A stretch of 59,799 nucleotides of DNA from Deltaproteobacteria bacterium (lineage in GTDB: Bacteria > Desulfobacterota > Syntrophia > Syntrophales > Smithellaceae). Positions 9,886-19,275 of this stretch are shown here, piece after piece (the stretch's first letter is position 1; every line of letters starts with the position of its first letter). The notes beneath the pieces are model-generated. The model saw only the letters and a list, made by a program, of their open reading frames with translations, was not told where the DNA came from and did not search any database. The stretch spans positions 1 through 59,799 of the forward strand of contig JANYAY010000032.1 in assembly GCA_025361065.1 (NCBI GenBank), read 5' to 3'. The position numbers and the translations under genes were made by a program.

Positions 9886-11409
9886 TTATTTAACCTTCCT
9901 TTTCAAAGCATTTGCAGCAACAATACGGTCATCAAAGGGCATCTTTTTTGTACCCATGATCTGATAATCTTCATGACCCTTACCGGCGATTAAAACAATG
10001 TCCCCCACCGAGGCGAAATGGATTGCCGCTTCGATTGCTTTTTTCCGGTCAGGAATTACCGTATAAGAATGAGTTTCATTCATTATTTGCGGACTATCAA
10101 TCTCCACTTTTTTAATCTTCTTTTGATCAATCCCCGTTTCTATTTCTCTGATTATCGCCCCAGGATCTTCCAGACGGGGATTGTCCGAGGTTACGATGGC
10201 GAGGTCACTATAACTCACCGCGGCTTCGCCCATAAGGGGCCGTTTGCCACGGTCACGATCGCCGCCGCAACCAAATACCGTGATGATCCTTTTTTTCTTG
10301 AGCACCGACAAATTTTGCAGCACTCTTCTTAAAGCATCATCCGTGTGCGCGTAATCCACAAAAACATGGAAGCCGGAATTTGTTTCGACACTTTCCAACC
10401 GCCCGGGCACACAGGACAGCTGCTCAATGCCCGCCTTTATCGATGACTGCGGGATATGGAGAATGAATGAGGCGCCGACCGCCGCCAGAATATTATAAAG
10501 ATTAAATTTGCCAATCAGCGGAGAGGAAATGGAAAGCGTTTCACCGGAAATATTTATCCGGGCTGTAATTCCCAAAAGCGATAAGTCATAATCAGTTGCT
10601 TTGAGGTCACAGTTGTTTTCGATACAATATGCCAATGCCGGCAGCTGCGTTTCCGCCAGAATTCTCTGTCCCCACCTGTCATCGTTATTGATTACCATTT
10701 TCTGATGATTATTTTTCCTGCTTTGCGGCAGTACTTCGGAAAAAAACCTTTTCTTAGCCTGAAAATAATTTTCCATTGTTTTGTGATAATCAAGATGGTC
10801 GCGGGTAAGGTTGGTAAAAATTCCCATATCGAAGTCACAATCATCGACCCTTTTCAAATCAATGGCATGCGAGGACACTTCGGCTATAACATGTGTCACG
10901 CCGGCATCGGCCATTTCACGAAGAATTTTCTGCAGCTCATAAGATTCGGGCGTTGTATTTGGTGCAGGATATGTTTTATCATTAAAACGGTAATTGACCG
11001 TTCCCAGAACACCACATTTATTACCTGCCGCCTTTAAAATAGATTCCAGCAAATATGTAATTGTTGTCTTTCCGTTTGTCCCGACAACGGCAATCAAAAC
11101 AAGATTTGCTGAAGGATTGCCGAAATAGTTTTTAGCTAATATTCCTAAAGCACGTCGGCTGTTCGCCACCTTAATGGCCGTTACTTCCCGGGGAAACTGT
11201 AAATCTTTTTCATGTACGATATACTTTGCACCGCGAGCAATTGCCTCCGGGATAAAATCATGGCCGTCATGCTTTAACCCTGGAATGGCCACAAAGACAG
11301 ATCCTTCCCGGCACTTTTCCGCCGAATAACAAACAGTGGAGATTTCGTCCCCAATGTCTCCGGAAGTATTGCTCCCGTCTATTCCTGCGAGCAGTTGCTC
11401 CAGTTTCAT
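9886..11409 (-). CDS. murE: UDP-MurNAc-dipeptide--meso-DAP ligase
   Basis: GTNGKTT, TTPES, DYAHT, DNPR (DAP-specific motif), AGKGHE. Confidence 0.97.
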   Translation of the reverse strand: MKLEQLLAGIDGSNTSGDIGDEISTVCYSAEKCREGSVFVAIPGLKHDGHDFIPEAIARGAKYIVHEKDLQFPREVTAIKVANSRRALGILAKNYFGNPSANLVLIAVVGTNGKTTITYLLESILKAAGNKCGVLGTVNYRFNDKTYPAPNTTPESYELQKILREMADAGVTHVIAEVSSHAIDLKRVDDCDFDMGIFTNLTRDHLDYHKTMENYFQAKKRFFSEVLPQSRKNNHQKMVINNDDRWGQRILAETQLPALAYCIENNCDLKATDYDLSLLGITARINISGETLSISSPLIGKFNLYNILAAVGASFILHIPQSSIKAGIEQLSCVPGRLESVETNSGFHVFVDYAHTDDALRRVLQNLSVLKKKRIITVFGCGGDRDRGKRPLMGEAAVSYSDLAIVTSDNPRLEDPGAIIREIETGIDQKKIKKVEIDSPQIMNETHSYTVIPDRKKAIEAAIHFASVGDIVLIAGKGHEDYQIMGTKKMPFDDRIVAANALKRKVK

Positions 11410-11416
11410 CGCCGCC

Positions 11417-13393
11417 TCAGTTATTTAATTCAAATGTAATATTGCAAACCCGCTCTTCGCCGAGCTGTGTACCGGCTTGCGGAAATTGGCTTGTCGCCCA
11501 GCCATTACCGGATATTTTCACTTCTATTGATCGCTCCCTGGCTTTCTTCAGCACTTCTCTGATCGTCAAATTTAAGAAATTAGGCATAACGGAATCATCA
11601 TCCGAAGCAACATTCTCCGGAGCTAATGTCTGCTGAGTCGAAATCAGTTGTACTCTATTTGTTTTTTCCTGTTCAAATACCGGTGTTTCCCGGATGTTTG
11701 TTTTAAAACAATTCAATATCTGCTCACCAATATTTTTGAAAACCGGTGCGGCAGCTATACCGCCCCACTTGTCACGCTGCGGCTCATCGAGAATTACTAA
11801 AATGGCGACTTGTGGATTATCGGCCGGGAAAAATCCCATAAAAGATGTTCGCACTTTTTCCGATGAATAAACGCCCCGGGTAAAATCAAATTTTTGTGAA
11901 GTTCCTGTTTTACCGGCTACGGCTACGTTGACTATACGGGCGTTTTTGCCGGTACCGTCAACGGCCCCGACAACTTCCGTAAGCATGCCGGTCAATAGCT
12001 TTGCCACGCCGGGAGAAACAACCTTCCGCACAACCGTTGGTGTATACATCTTGATCATACGGTTGTTATTATCAGTAAAGCCCCGCACAATATAAGGTTT
12101 CATCAAAACTCCATTATTGGCAATGGCCGACAGCGCCGAAATTAATTGAATGCCCGTAACCGAGACCCCCTGACCAAAAGCAACTGTCGCGGCATCAACT
12201 GTCGTCCATTTTTGCACAGGCCTTAGTAGTCCCGTCGATTCGCCCGGCAGATCTATACCCGTTTTAGATCCAAACCCAAAACGTTCAATATAGTCATGGA
12301 ACTTTTCTTTACCCAACTTCTGGGCAATTTTCACCGAACCGATATTGCTGGAGTATTTTAATATCTCGGGTACGGCAAGCACCCCGTGGCGCCCATGATT
12401 AGCTTCATGAATTGTCCGGTTCGCTATGCGATAAGATCCGTTTTCACAAAAGAACTTATCTGTTGCTTTAACGGCCTTTTCTTCCAGCGCGGCGGCCACC
12501 AAAAATGGCTTGAAGGTAGATCCAGGATCAAAGCAATCGGTAATGGCGCGGTTGCGCCATTTTTCCGGAATCAGTCCGTCAATATTATTCGGATTGAACC
12601 TTCCCTCATTGGCCAAAGCCAGAACCTCACCGGTTTTAGGATCCATGACAATAGCCAGCCCGCCTTTTGCTCCCTTGCTCAAGACGGCATCTTTCAAATG
12701 AGTTTCTGCCAGATATTGAATACGACTATCAATGGTCAGAACGAGATTAATATTTTCATCTTTTTTTGTCTCACTTTTGTCTGCACGTAAAAACAACTTC
12801 TTGCCTTTAGCATCACGGGACCAGGCTAGTTTTTCCGGCTTTCCCTTGAGAACTTCGTTATACTTTTTTTCCAGGCCTTCCAAACCGGTGGCATCGGCAC
12901 CGACAAATCCCAGCATATGCGCCGCCAGCTCGCCATTGGGATAAAAACGTTTCGGCTCTTTGACCAAAACGATCCCCTCAATATTTGCGTTTCCCACAGA
13001 AGCTGCCTGATCCGGAGAAATTCTTCTGGCCAGCCAGCAAAAGTTTTTCGGCTCGGATATTTTCTTGAAGACCGCAGTCTTATCCAAATTGAGAATTTCT
13101 GATATTTGACGGGATGTTCGCACGGGATCGGCAATTTTAGATGGATCGGCGCACACAGAATCCGCCATAATCGATGCCGCCAGTTTTTCACCGTTGCGGT
13201 CAAAAATCACTCCTCTTTCCGGCTGCAATTGTAATGTGGTAGTCTGCTGTTTTTGTGCCATGGTTTTAAGTTTCTGGCCGGACAAAATCTGCAATTGAAA
13301 AGCACGGGAAAGTAAGGCTATAAATAGTATGAGGAAAATTAACAAGACACTGACAATCCTGATTTTAAGCTTTTTTTTCGTTTCAACTGCCAT
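11417..13393 (-). CDS. ftsI: Penicillin-binding protein 3 / FtsI with C-terminal PASTA domain
   Basis: RGVIFDRNG, STFK, SSN, KTGT; PASTA-like VMPNFLNLTIREV. Confidence 0.95.
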   Translation of the reverse strand: MAVETKKKLKIRIVSVLLIFLILFIALLSRAFQLQILSGQKLKTMAQKQQTTTLQLQPERGVIFDRNGEKLAASIMADSVCADPSKIADPVRTSRQISEILNLDKTAVFKKISEPKNFCWLARRISPDQAASVGNANIEGIVLVKEPKRFYPNGELAAHMLGFVGADATGLEGLEKKYNEVLKGKPEKLAWSRDAKGKKLFLRADKSETKKDENINLVLTIDSRIQYLAETHLKDAVLSKGAKGGLAIVMDPKTGEVLALANEGRFNPNNIDGLIPEKWRNRAITDCFDPGSTFKPFLVAAALEEKAVKATDKFFCENGSYRIANRTIHEANHGRHGVLAVPEILKYSSNIGSVKIAQKLGKEKFHDYIERFGFGSKTGIDLPGESTGLLRPVQKWTTVDAATVAFGQGVSVTGIQLISALSAIANNGVLMKPYIVRGFTDNNNRMIKMYTPTVVRKVVSPGVAKLLTGMLTEVVGAVDGTGKNARIVNVAVAGKTGTSQKFDFTRGVYSSEKVRTSFMGFFPADNPQVAILVILDEPQRDKWGGIAAAPVFKNIGEQILNCFKTNIRETPVFEQEKTNRVQLISTQQTLAPENVASDDDSVMPNFLNLTIREVLKKARERSIEVKISGNGWATSQFPQAGTQLGEERVCNITFELNN

Positions 13394-13394
13394 A

Positions 13395-13733
13395 TTATTC
13401 TCCCGAATTTTTCAAGACAATTACTTGATCTGTTTCAGGATAAGACATTAGCAACCTGCTTCTTGCTATGCCTTCTATTCGCTGCGGTGACTTAAGCATC
13501 GCATATTCCAGCTTCAGCTTTTTTTGCTCTTCCAGCATTTGTTCTTGAGCACTTAATTCCGCAGTATATTTATATTCCAGCTCCGTCATACGAATGTGCG
13601 AGCCTACATAGATCAGGGCGACAAACATCAACACTATGGCCACTACAATAAAAGTCGGATACTTGATGCCGGACGATGATTCCCTCTCCTCCCGGACATG
13701 CGGCATGGCCTGTGTGCTGACTGCCTGTTCCAT
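13395..13733 (-). CDS. ftsL: Cell division protein FtsL
   Basis: Small protein, TM plus coiled coil, LKSPQRIEGIA; lies between rsmH and ftsI; start reset to ATG 13733. Confidence 0.88.
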   Translation of the reverse strand: MEQAVSTQAMPHVREERESSSGIKYPTFIVVAIVLMFVALIYVGSHIRMTELEYKYTAELSAQEQMLEEQKKLKLEYAMLKSPQRIEGIARSRLLMSYPETDQVIVLKNSGE

Positions 13734-13734
13734 T

Positions 13735-14670
13735 TTATACCCTCTGAGCCACCCGCAGTTTGGCACTGCGGGAGCGTGGATTTGCTTCTGTTTCTGCGGC
13801 TGCGGGGATCAATGCTTTTTTCGTCAGCACTTTGAGTATTGCCTCCCGTTTGCAGGTACAAATCGGCACATCTTTGGGACAACTGCAAGCTCCCTGCAAA
13901 GCGCGAAATTCATTTTTAACAATTCTGTCTTCCAATGAATGAAAAGAGATAACTGCAATTCGACCACCGCGATTTAATACGCTTGCGGCAGAATCAATTG
14001 CCGGTTTGATGCTGTCCAATTCATTATTAACGGCAATCCTGATTGCTTGAAATGTTCTTGTGGCGGGATGAATTCTTTGCCAGCGAAATTTAGCAGGCAT
14101 GGCAGAAGCAATAACGGCAGCGAGTTCCACCGTCGTTTCCAGAGGAGATGACCTTCTTTTTTGCGATATTGCCCTTGCAACTCTACTTGCCATCTTTTCT
14201 TCCCCGAAAGTACGAATAATTCTTTCCAAATCTTTTTGGGCAAAGCTGTTGACAATATCGTAAGCGCTGAGCTTCAAACTACGATCCATCCGCATATCGA
14301 GCGGCGCCAGTTGATTAAAACTAAAGCCTCTTTCAGCTCGATCCAGTTGATGTGAAGAAACCCCCATATCCAGGAGAACGCCATCAACCTTTTTTATCTG
14401 TAAATTTTCCAGAACCGAGCCAAGTTCGGCAAAATTAGCTTTCACTAGAACCTTGCGAGAGCCGAATTCGGCCAGCCGCTTTTCTGCCGCCCGCAGGGCT
14501 TCATCGTCACAATCAATCCCAATCAAAAAACCATTAGTTGCTTTGAGTATCTCATAGGCATGGCCTGCGCCCCCCACAGTGCCATCCACATAAATTCCAT
14601 TTTTGCTGATACAAAGCCAATCAATAACCTCTTTCAGCATTACCGGCTCATGACAAAAGTCGGTATCCAT
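13735..14670 (-). CDS. rsmH: 16S rRNA m4C1402 methyltransferase
   Basis: HEPVML, DGTVGGAGH, LDMRM, HPATRTFQAIRI, NPRSRSAKLR. Confidence 0.98.
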   Translation of the reverse strand: MDTDFCHEPVMLKEVIDWLCISKNGIYVDGTVGGAGHAYEILKATNGFLIGIDCDDEALRAAEKRLAEFGSRKVLVKANFAELGSVLENLQIKKVDGVLLDMGVSSHQLDRAERGFSFNQLAPLDMRMDRSLKLSAYDIVNSFAQKDLERIIRTFGEEKMASRVARAISQKRRSSPLETTVELAAVIASAMPAKFRWQRIHPATRTFQAIRIAVNNELDSIKPAIDSAASVLNRGGRIAVISFHSLEDRIVKNEFRALQGACSCPKDVPICTCKREAILKVLTKKALIPAAAETEANPRSRSAKLRVAQRV

Positions 14671-14673
14671 GCT

Positions 14674-15120
14674 TTAAATTCCCAAATCGGCAATGAAGTT
14701 AGTGGCTTTATCAATTTCTTCACCGGTCTTTTTCATTTCTTCCTCAAAGCGATCTTTGGACCAAATCTCGATTACTTTGATCATCCCGGCTAGAACAATA
14801 TCTTTTTCCAATTTAGCATATTCACGTAACGTCGGCGGGATAAGTACGCGTCCCTGGCCGTCCAGATTACAATCAACGGCACCCGACATGAAGAAGCGTT
14901 GGAAAGCCCTCACTTCTTTGCGCAGAATAGACTGGTGAGAAACTTTTTCTTCAATAACGCGCCATTCATCGTAAGGAAAAACCATCAAGTAGCCGTCCCA
15001 ATTGGTAATCACCATACGGTTGTCATACGTTTCCGTAAAGATCTCCCGGAACTTGGACGGAAAGATTACTCTTCCCTTTTCGTCGATATTATGATGATAT
15101 TGGCCTCGAAAAACGGACAC
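14674..15120 (-). CDS. mraZ: Transcriptional regulator MraZ
   Basis: [14 protein letters not shown] and [10 protein letters not shown] repeats; GTG start at 15120 after a GGAGGG RBS. Confidence 0.95.
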   Translation of the reverse strand: MSVFRGQYHHNIDEKGRVIFPSKFREIFTETYDNRMVITNWDGYLMVFPYDEWRVIEEKVSHQSILRKEVRAFQRFFMSGAVDCNLDGQGRVLIPPTLREYAKLEKDIVLAGMIKVIEIWSKDRFEEEMKKTGEEIDKATNFIADLGI

Positions 15121-15129
15121 TATTTTCCC

Positions 15130-15155
15130 TCCACAACAAACCACTTTACTCCACG
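15130..15155 (-). promoter_or_regulatory. MraZ-binding repeats (three GTGG boxes, 10-bp period)
   Basis: CCAC at 15131, 15141 and 15151 on + strand, read as GTGGA-N5-GTGGT-N5-GTGGA on - strand; matches the known MraZ operator architecture. Confidence 0.85.
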
Positions 15156-15161
15156 TGGCCA

Positions 15162-15190
15162 ACTATAAAGAGGGTGATTGTCTTTGTCAA
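15162..15190 (-). promoter_or_regulatory. Sigma70 promoter of the dcw operon
   Basis: TTGACA-N17-TATAGT immediately upstream of the MraZ boxes. Confidence 0.85.
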
Positions 15191-15381
15191 GAAAAAAAAT
15201 AACTTTTTTCTGATTTATTGACTTAAAATTACTCAGAAATCGGGGAAATGTTGCAGGCAGAATTATACCGAGTCAAAATAGCCTACGAAATATTTCGTAT
15301 TTGATAATCAAATAATTATGTAGAGGGATTAATTACTAATAATTTCGAATATTTCAGATTACTTGGAAAGACAAATAACAG

Positions 15382-16398
15382 CTAGTTGCTATTTATCCTC
15401 ACGCGATAGCGGAAAACTGCTTTATTATGCTTTTCCAGGGAAGCAGAAAAAAAGTGCGAACCATCATGCCGCGAGACAAAGTAAAGATAATTAGCATCTG
15501 CCGGATAAAGAGTTGCTTTGAGGGAATCAAGTCCGGGATTGGCAATTGGCCCCGGTGGCAAACCATTGATAGCATAAGTATTATACGGTGAATTTCTCTT
15601 CAGATGACTGCGTCTCACGGTTCCTGCGAAATCTTCCAGGTCATATACGGCGGTCGGATCGCTTTGCAGGCGCATGTTTCTTTTTAATCTATTATGAAAG
15701 ACCGCCGAAATTAAAGGCTTTTCACCACTATTTCCTGATTCTTTGCCGATGATTGAGGCCAAAGTAATATATTCGTGAGTACTAAAACCCAGCTTATGGG
15801 CCCTATCCAACATCGCCGGTGTAACTCTCTTCCAAAACTGGTTGACCATGATGCGCATAATCTGGCGCGTACTCATCGACCGGTCAAAATTATATGTTTC
15901 CGGGAAGAGGTATCCTTCGACAGAAACGGCCTTAACACGTACAGATTCCAGGAATTCTTCATCCTCCGCCAATTCCAGAAAAGACTCCTCGTCAATTAAT
16001 TTATATTCCATAAGACGGGCAGCTATTTCTTTTACGGAAAGATCTTCAGGAATAGTTACGCGATAAGTTTTGATTTCTCCCCGGAGTAATTTAGAGATGA
16101 CGGCAGATGGAGTCATCGAAGTATTAAATTCATATTCACCGGCGCGAATGGAACTCAATGCCTGCCTGGTTATCGCGAGGCCATAAAATAATATCCGGTT
16201 CTTGATAATACCTGAATCATTGAGAATTTCGGTAAGCTTAAGGAAGCTGGAGCCGCTAGGTATGTCAACTGTCACCGGGGTGTTTTTACTATCGATAGGA
16301 CTTACGGAATAATTTATCAGCAGTGCAAAATACGTAATGACACCAACAGTAAGCAACAAGATAACGTAATATTTATTTTTGCTGAGTAATTTTTTCAT
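15382..16398 (-). CDS. mltG: Endolytic transglycosylase MltG
   Basis: EGYLFPETY, LASII.KE, LQSDPT, SPYNTY..GLPPGPIANPG. Confidence 0.95.
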   Translation of the reverse strand: MKKLLSKNKYYVILLLTVGVITYFALLINYSVSPIDSKNTPVTVDIPSGSSFLKLTEILNDSGIIKNRILFYGLAITRQALSSIRAGEYEFNTSMTPSAVISKLLRGEIKTYRVTIPEDLSVKEIAARLMEYKLIDEESFLELAEDEEFLESVRVKAVSVEGYLFPETYNFDRSMSTRQIMRIMVNQFWKRVTPAMLDRAHKLGFSTHEYITLASIIGKESGNSGEKPLISAVFHNRLKRNMRLQSDPTAVYDLEDFAGTVRRSHLKRNSPYNTYAINGLPPGPIANPGLDSLKATLYPADANYLYFVSRHDGSHFFSASLEKHNKAVFRYRVRINSN

Positions 16399-16419
16399 AT
16401 TATTTTAATATTTACAGGA

Positions 16420-16845
16420 TTAATTAATATTTATACTGCCGGAAGAATCCAGGTAACCCTGAAGGATAATACAGGCGGCCAGTTTATCAACTGTTTTCTT
16501 TCTCTTTTTCCAATGCATACCGGAATTAATCAATATTTCTTCAGCTTCTTTTGTGGATAGTGCTTCAGACCATTTAATTACCGATAAGGAAAAAGTTTTA
16601 TTCAGAAGCACAGCAAACCGGTTGACTTTTTCACATTGAATTCCTTCGGAGCCATCAAGACGAATAGGATAACCTATGACAATTTTCTCGACATTATAGT
16701 TTTTGATTAGACCTGCTACAATCTCCAAATCGTGTTTCTTCGTCTTTCTAATGATCGTCGGTAAGCCCTGAGCTGTGAACCCCAACTCATCACAAATGGC
16801 AACACCAATTCTTTTTTCACCGTAATCCATACCAAGAATACGCAA
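16420..16845 (-). CDS. ruvX: YqgF/RuvX pre-16S rRNA nuclease (Holliday resolvase-like)
   Basis: RILGMDYGEKRIGVAI, VDKLAACIILQGYLD; TTG start at 16845 after an AGAGG RBS. Confidence 0.92.
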   Translation of the reverse strand: MRILGMDYGEKRIGVAICDELGFTAQGLPTIIRKTKKHDLEIVAGLIKNYNVEKIVIGYPIRLDGSEGIQCEKVNRFAVLLNKTFSLSVIKWSEALSTKEAEEILINSGMHWKKRKKTVDKLAACIILQGYLDSSGSININ

Positions 16846-17135
16846 AAGCCACCTCTTTGAATTTTTGTTTCTAACAATTACCGCCGGTATTTTCAACAGT
16901 AGTTTTAATTTAAATTATCGTCTCGAATAAAACAACAAAAATAATATTGAGAGAAATTTCCTTGCAAAGATAATCTTCTCTCCAAAATAGCGAGTTATCA
17001 TGAAGTATTTATTGCTGAGTTGCTCCCAAGACCGGAAGCTCATACCGCATAGTATGATGCAAATATGTTTTTTGCATTATCGGCAGTTCTACAGGCAAGT
17101 GTTAATCGTCAAACGGATTGAGTATAAATAGAAAT

Positions 17136-17591
17136 TTAAATAGCCCCGGGTGGATAATCAGTAGTACCTTTGATTGATCTGTCTCTGGCTATAAAAAGAT
17201 TGGCACCCATGTATCTTCGCTTTAAGATCAGCTCACAGCACCGATAACAGTTTGTATTTGCTCCTTCTGCAACATTGCCCAGGTAAATATAACATAATCC
17301 CGCATTCCGGCCAATCTCTCTTGCTCTTTGGTGTGATTCCAGAGAGGTAACCGGATGATCAGCAAACTTATACCGGCTTACATGCCGGGGGATATTTTTA
17401 TTCGTCTGGACCAAAAAATCGGCAATTTGTCCCAATTCTTCATCCGAATCATTTTCACCCGGAACAATCAGCGTAGTCACTTCGAACCAGATACCCACCC
17501 CGAATGCAGAAATATGAAATCCGTGAGCGCAGAGATAACAATAGACCCTTTTCCCATTTTGCTTTTCCCGGAACATAGCTTCTTTATTCAT
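17136..17591 (-). pseudogene. AmmeMemoRadiSam-type radical SAM enzyme with large internal deletion
   Basis: N-terminal KEAMF...CYLCAH joined directly to the C-terminal GIWFEVTTLIVPGENDS...YIYLGNV..NTNCYRC; CxxxCxxC core missing. Confidence 0.75.
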
Positions 17592-17744
17592 CGGCAGATA
17601 CCCCTCAGCTATCAAACGACCATGCTGATGCGAAAGGCCGGTATCAGCAAAGGGAGAATTTCCAAAAAGTCAGATAACTATGCATCTAAAGAGAGGCAAA
17701 GTGATAACTTGCAGGCCAATTGGTATTAACCTCCCGGACAATAG

Positions 17745-18170
17745 CTAGGACTCCAATACGGCATCCATGGTGATCTTCGCTTTAAACAGCTTCGACACGG
17801 GGCAACCTTCTTTGGCAGTCATGGCGGCAGTATTAAATAATTTGAGGTCAGCCCCAGGAACATTAGCCACAACATTAAGGTGGACAGCTGTAATAGTAAA
17901 ACCTGCTCCATCTTTTTCTATTGTAACGGATGCGGTAGTGGTGATTCTCTCGGCGGTGAGACCAACGCCCTGTAATTGACCCGATAGGGCCATAGAAAAG
18001 CAGCCGGCATGAGCGGCAGCTAATAACTCTTCGGGATTAGTGCCTGTGCCGTTTTCAAAGCGCGTGGCAAAAGAATATTGTGTATCAGAAAGAACCATGC
18101 TTTCGGTTGAAATTTTTCCCCGCCCGTCTTTCAGACCGCCCTGCCAGATTGCTGTTGCTTTTCGCTTCAT
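17745..18170 (-). CDS. osmC: OsmC peroxiredoxin
   Basis: YSFATRFE.GTGTNPEELLAAAHAGCFSMAL and CPVS. Confidence 0.93.
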   Translation of the reverse strand: MKRKATAIWQGGLKDGRGKISTESMVLSDTQYSFATRFENGTGTNPEELLAAAHAGCFSMALSGQLQGVGLTAERITTTASVTIEKDGAGFTITAVHLNVVANVPGADLKLFNTAAMTAKEGCPVSKLFKAKITMDAVLES

Positions 18171-18203
18171 CTCTTATTTCCTTTCCTCATTTAATGTCCA
18201 TAC

Positions 18204-18482
18204 TTATGCATCTGTTTTCTCTACCTCAAAAAAAATCTCCGGTTTGCCAATTACCCCGGCCCGTTCCAACGTATGCTGGAGAAACCCCGACTCGAAAAAA
18301 GTGCGTGCCTTGGCCATTTCATCCCACTCAAAAAGAATAGCCACATTGTTGGGATCTTTTTCATCCCGGAATATACGCGCTCCTTTTGATCCTGACTCCT
18401 TGCGTATTTTTGCCTGTTCATAAAATACCTCTTTCCATTGTGCATAATCTTTGACTTTATGATGGACTTCTATGTGAACCAT
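18204..18482 (-). CDS. Small dimeric alpha-beta barrel (ABM/cyclase-like) protein
   Basis: HKVKDYAQWKEVF...FRDEKDPNNVAILFEWD; strong AGGAGG RBS. Confidence 0.7.
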   Translation of the reverse strand: MVHIEVHHKVKDYAQWKEVFYEQAKIRKESGSKGARIFRDEKDPNNVAILFEWDEMAKARTFFESGFLQHTLERAGVIGKPEIFFEVEKTDA

Positions 18483-18730
18483 GGCTATTCCTCCTTTGAC
18501 ATTAGTTTCTTGATTGCGGCATTACTTTGAAAAACCGGACGCAAGCAAAGGCTAGCGCACCGTTTGTCAGATTTCAATGGACATTAAATCCAAGCATTAT
18601 GATAGTTAAAAACTACTTATGTGGTCAGAACTTATGGCATATCAGCCAATCGGTGAGGCGGCATTGGCTGGCAGTTAAAGACTGCCGGGAAACCTGCAAT
18701 CATTTCATACAGTGAACAGGACATAAAATC

Positions 18731-18886
18731 ATGTTCCTTTACAAAGACCGGGTTCAGGCGGGGCAACAACTCGCCAACAAACTGTACCGTTATGCTAATG
18801 ATCCGGATACGCTCGTTTTGATACTTCCACGCGGCAAAGTGATTGTTGCTTATTAAACTCGGATTACCGCTCGATATATTAAATGA
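18731..18886 (+). pseudogene. Remnant of predicted phosphoribosyltransferase
   Basis: MFLYKDRVQAGQQLANKLYRYANDPDTLVLILPRGKVIVAY then stop, with frameshifted LGLPLDIL; matches the N-terminus of the family (DR..AG..LA...LPRGG...LDV). Confidence 0.75.
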
Positions 18887-19089
18887 GCAAAGACAAAAAT
18901 AATTTACCGCTTCCCCATATACAAAAACCAAAGCACCTGTAAGCCCAAGCGCAAGGCTGATTTATTTCCGTCAGACAGTTTGAATCTTTTCTATACATAT
19001 CTGCGATTTATTAAAATCCATTATCACATAAATTATGATGTTGTGAAAAAGTCAGGAGTTTGTTACTTTCCTTAAGGTTTAAAAATATT

Positions 19090-19264
19090 ATACCATGGTA
19101 TATTCGAAAGGATAACGAAGCGGCAAAGAAGAGGCTCCCCGGCACGCCTGACAGCGAGTGACCTTCAGGTTATGCGCCGGGCATGCATCCGGCGCATTGC
19201 GGAATACATTGAAGAAGCCAACGACCAAAGCCAAAAAAGTTAGCAAAAGAAGACCATACGGTAT
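19090..19264. repeat. MITE-like element upstream of selB
   Basis: Imperfect ends ATACC-ATGGT / ACCATACGGTAT; internal GTGACCTTCAGGTTAT and GCGCCGGGCATGC are shared with the 34534-34645 element. Confidence 0.55.
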
Positions 19265-19275
19265 CAGGCAGGCAC

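Noticed and set aside
18515..18565. Possible c-di-GMP-I riboswitch (GAAA...GGACGCAA)
   Set aside because: The P1/P2 stems cannot be paired and the GGCAAAC start is missing
18632..18931. 99-aa - strand hypothetical protein
   Set aside because: Antisense to the recognisable phosphoribosyltransferase remnant; no motif of its own
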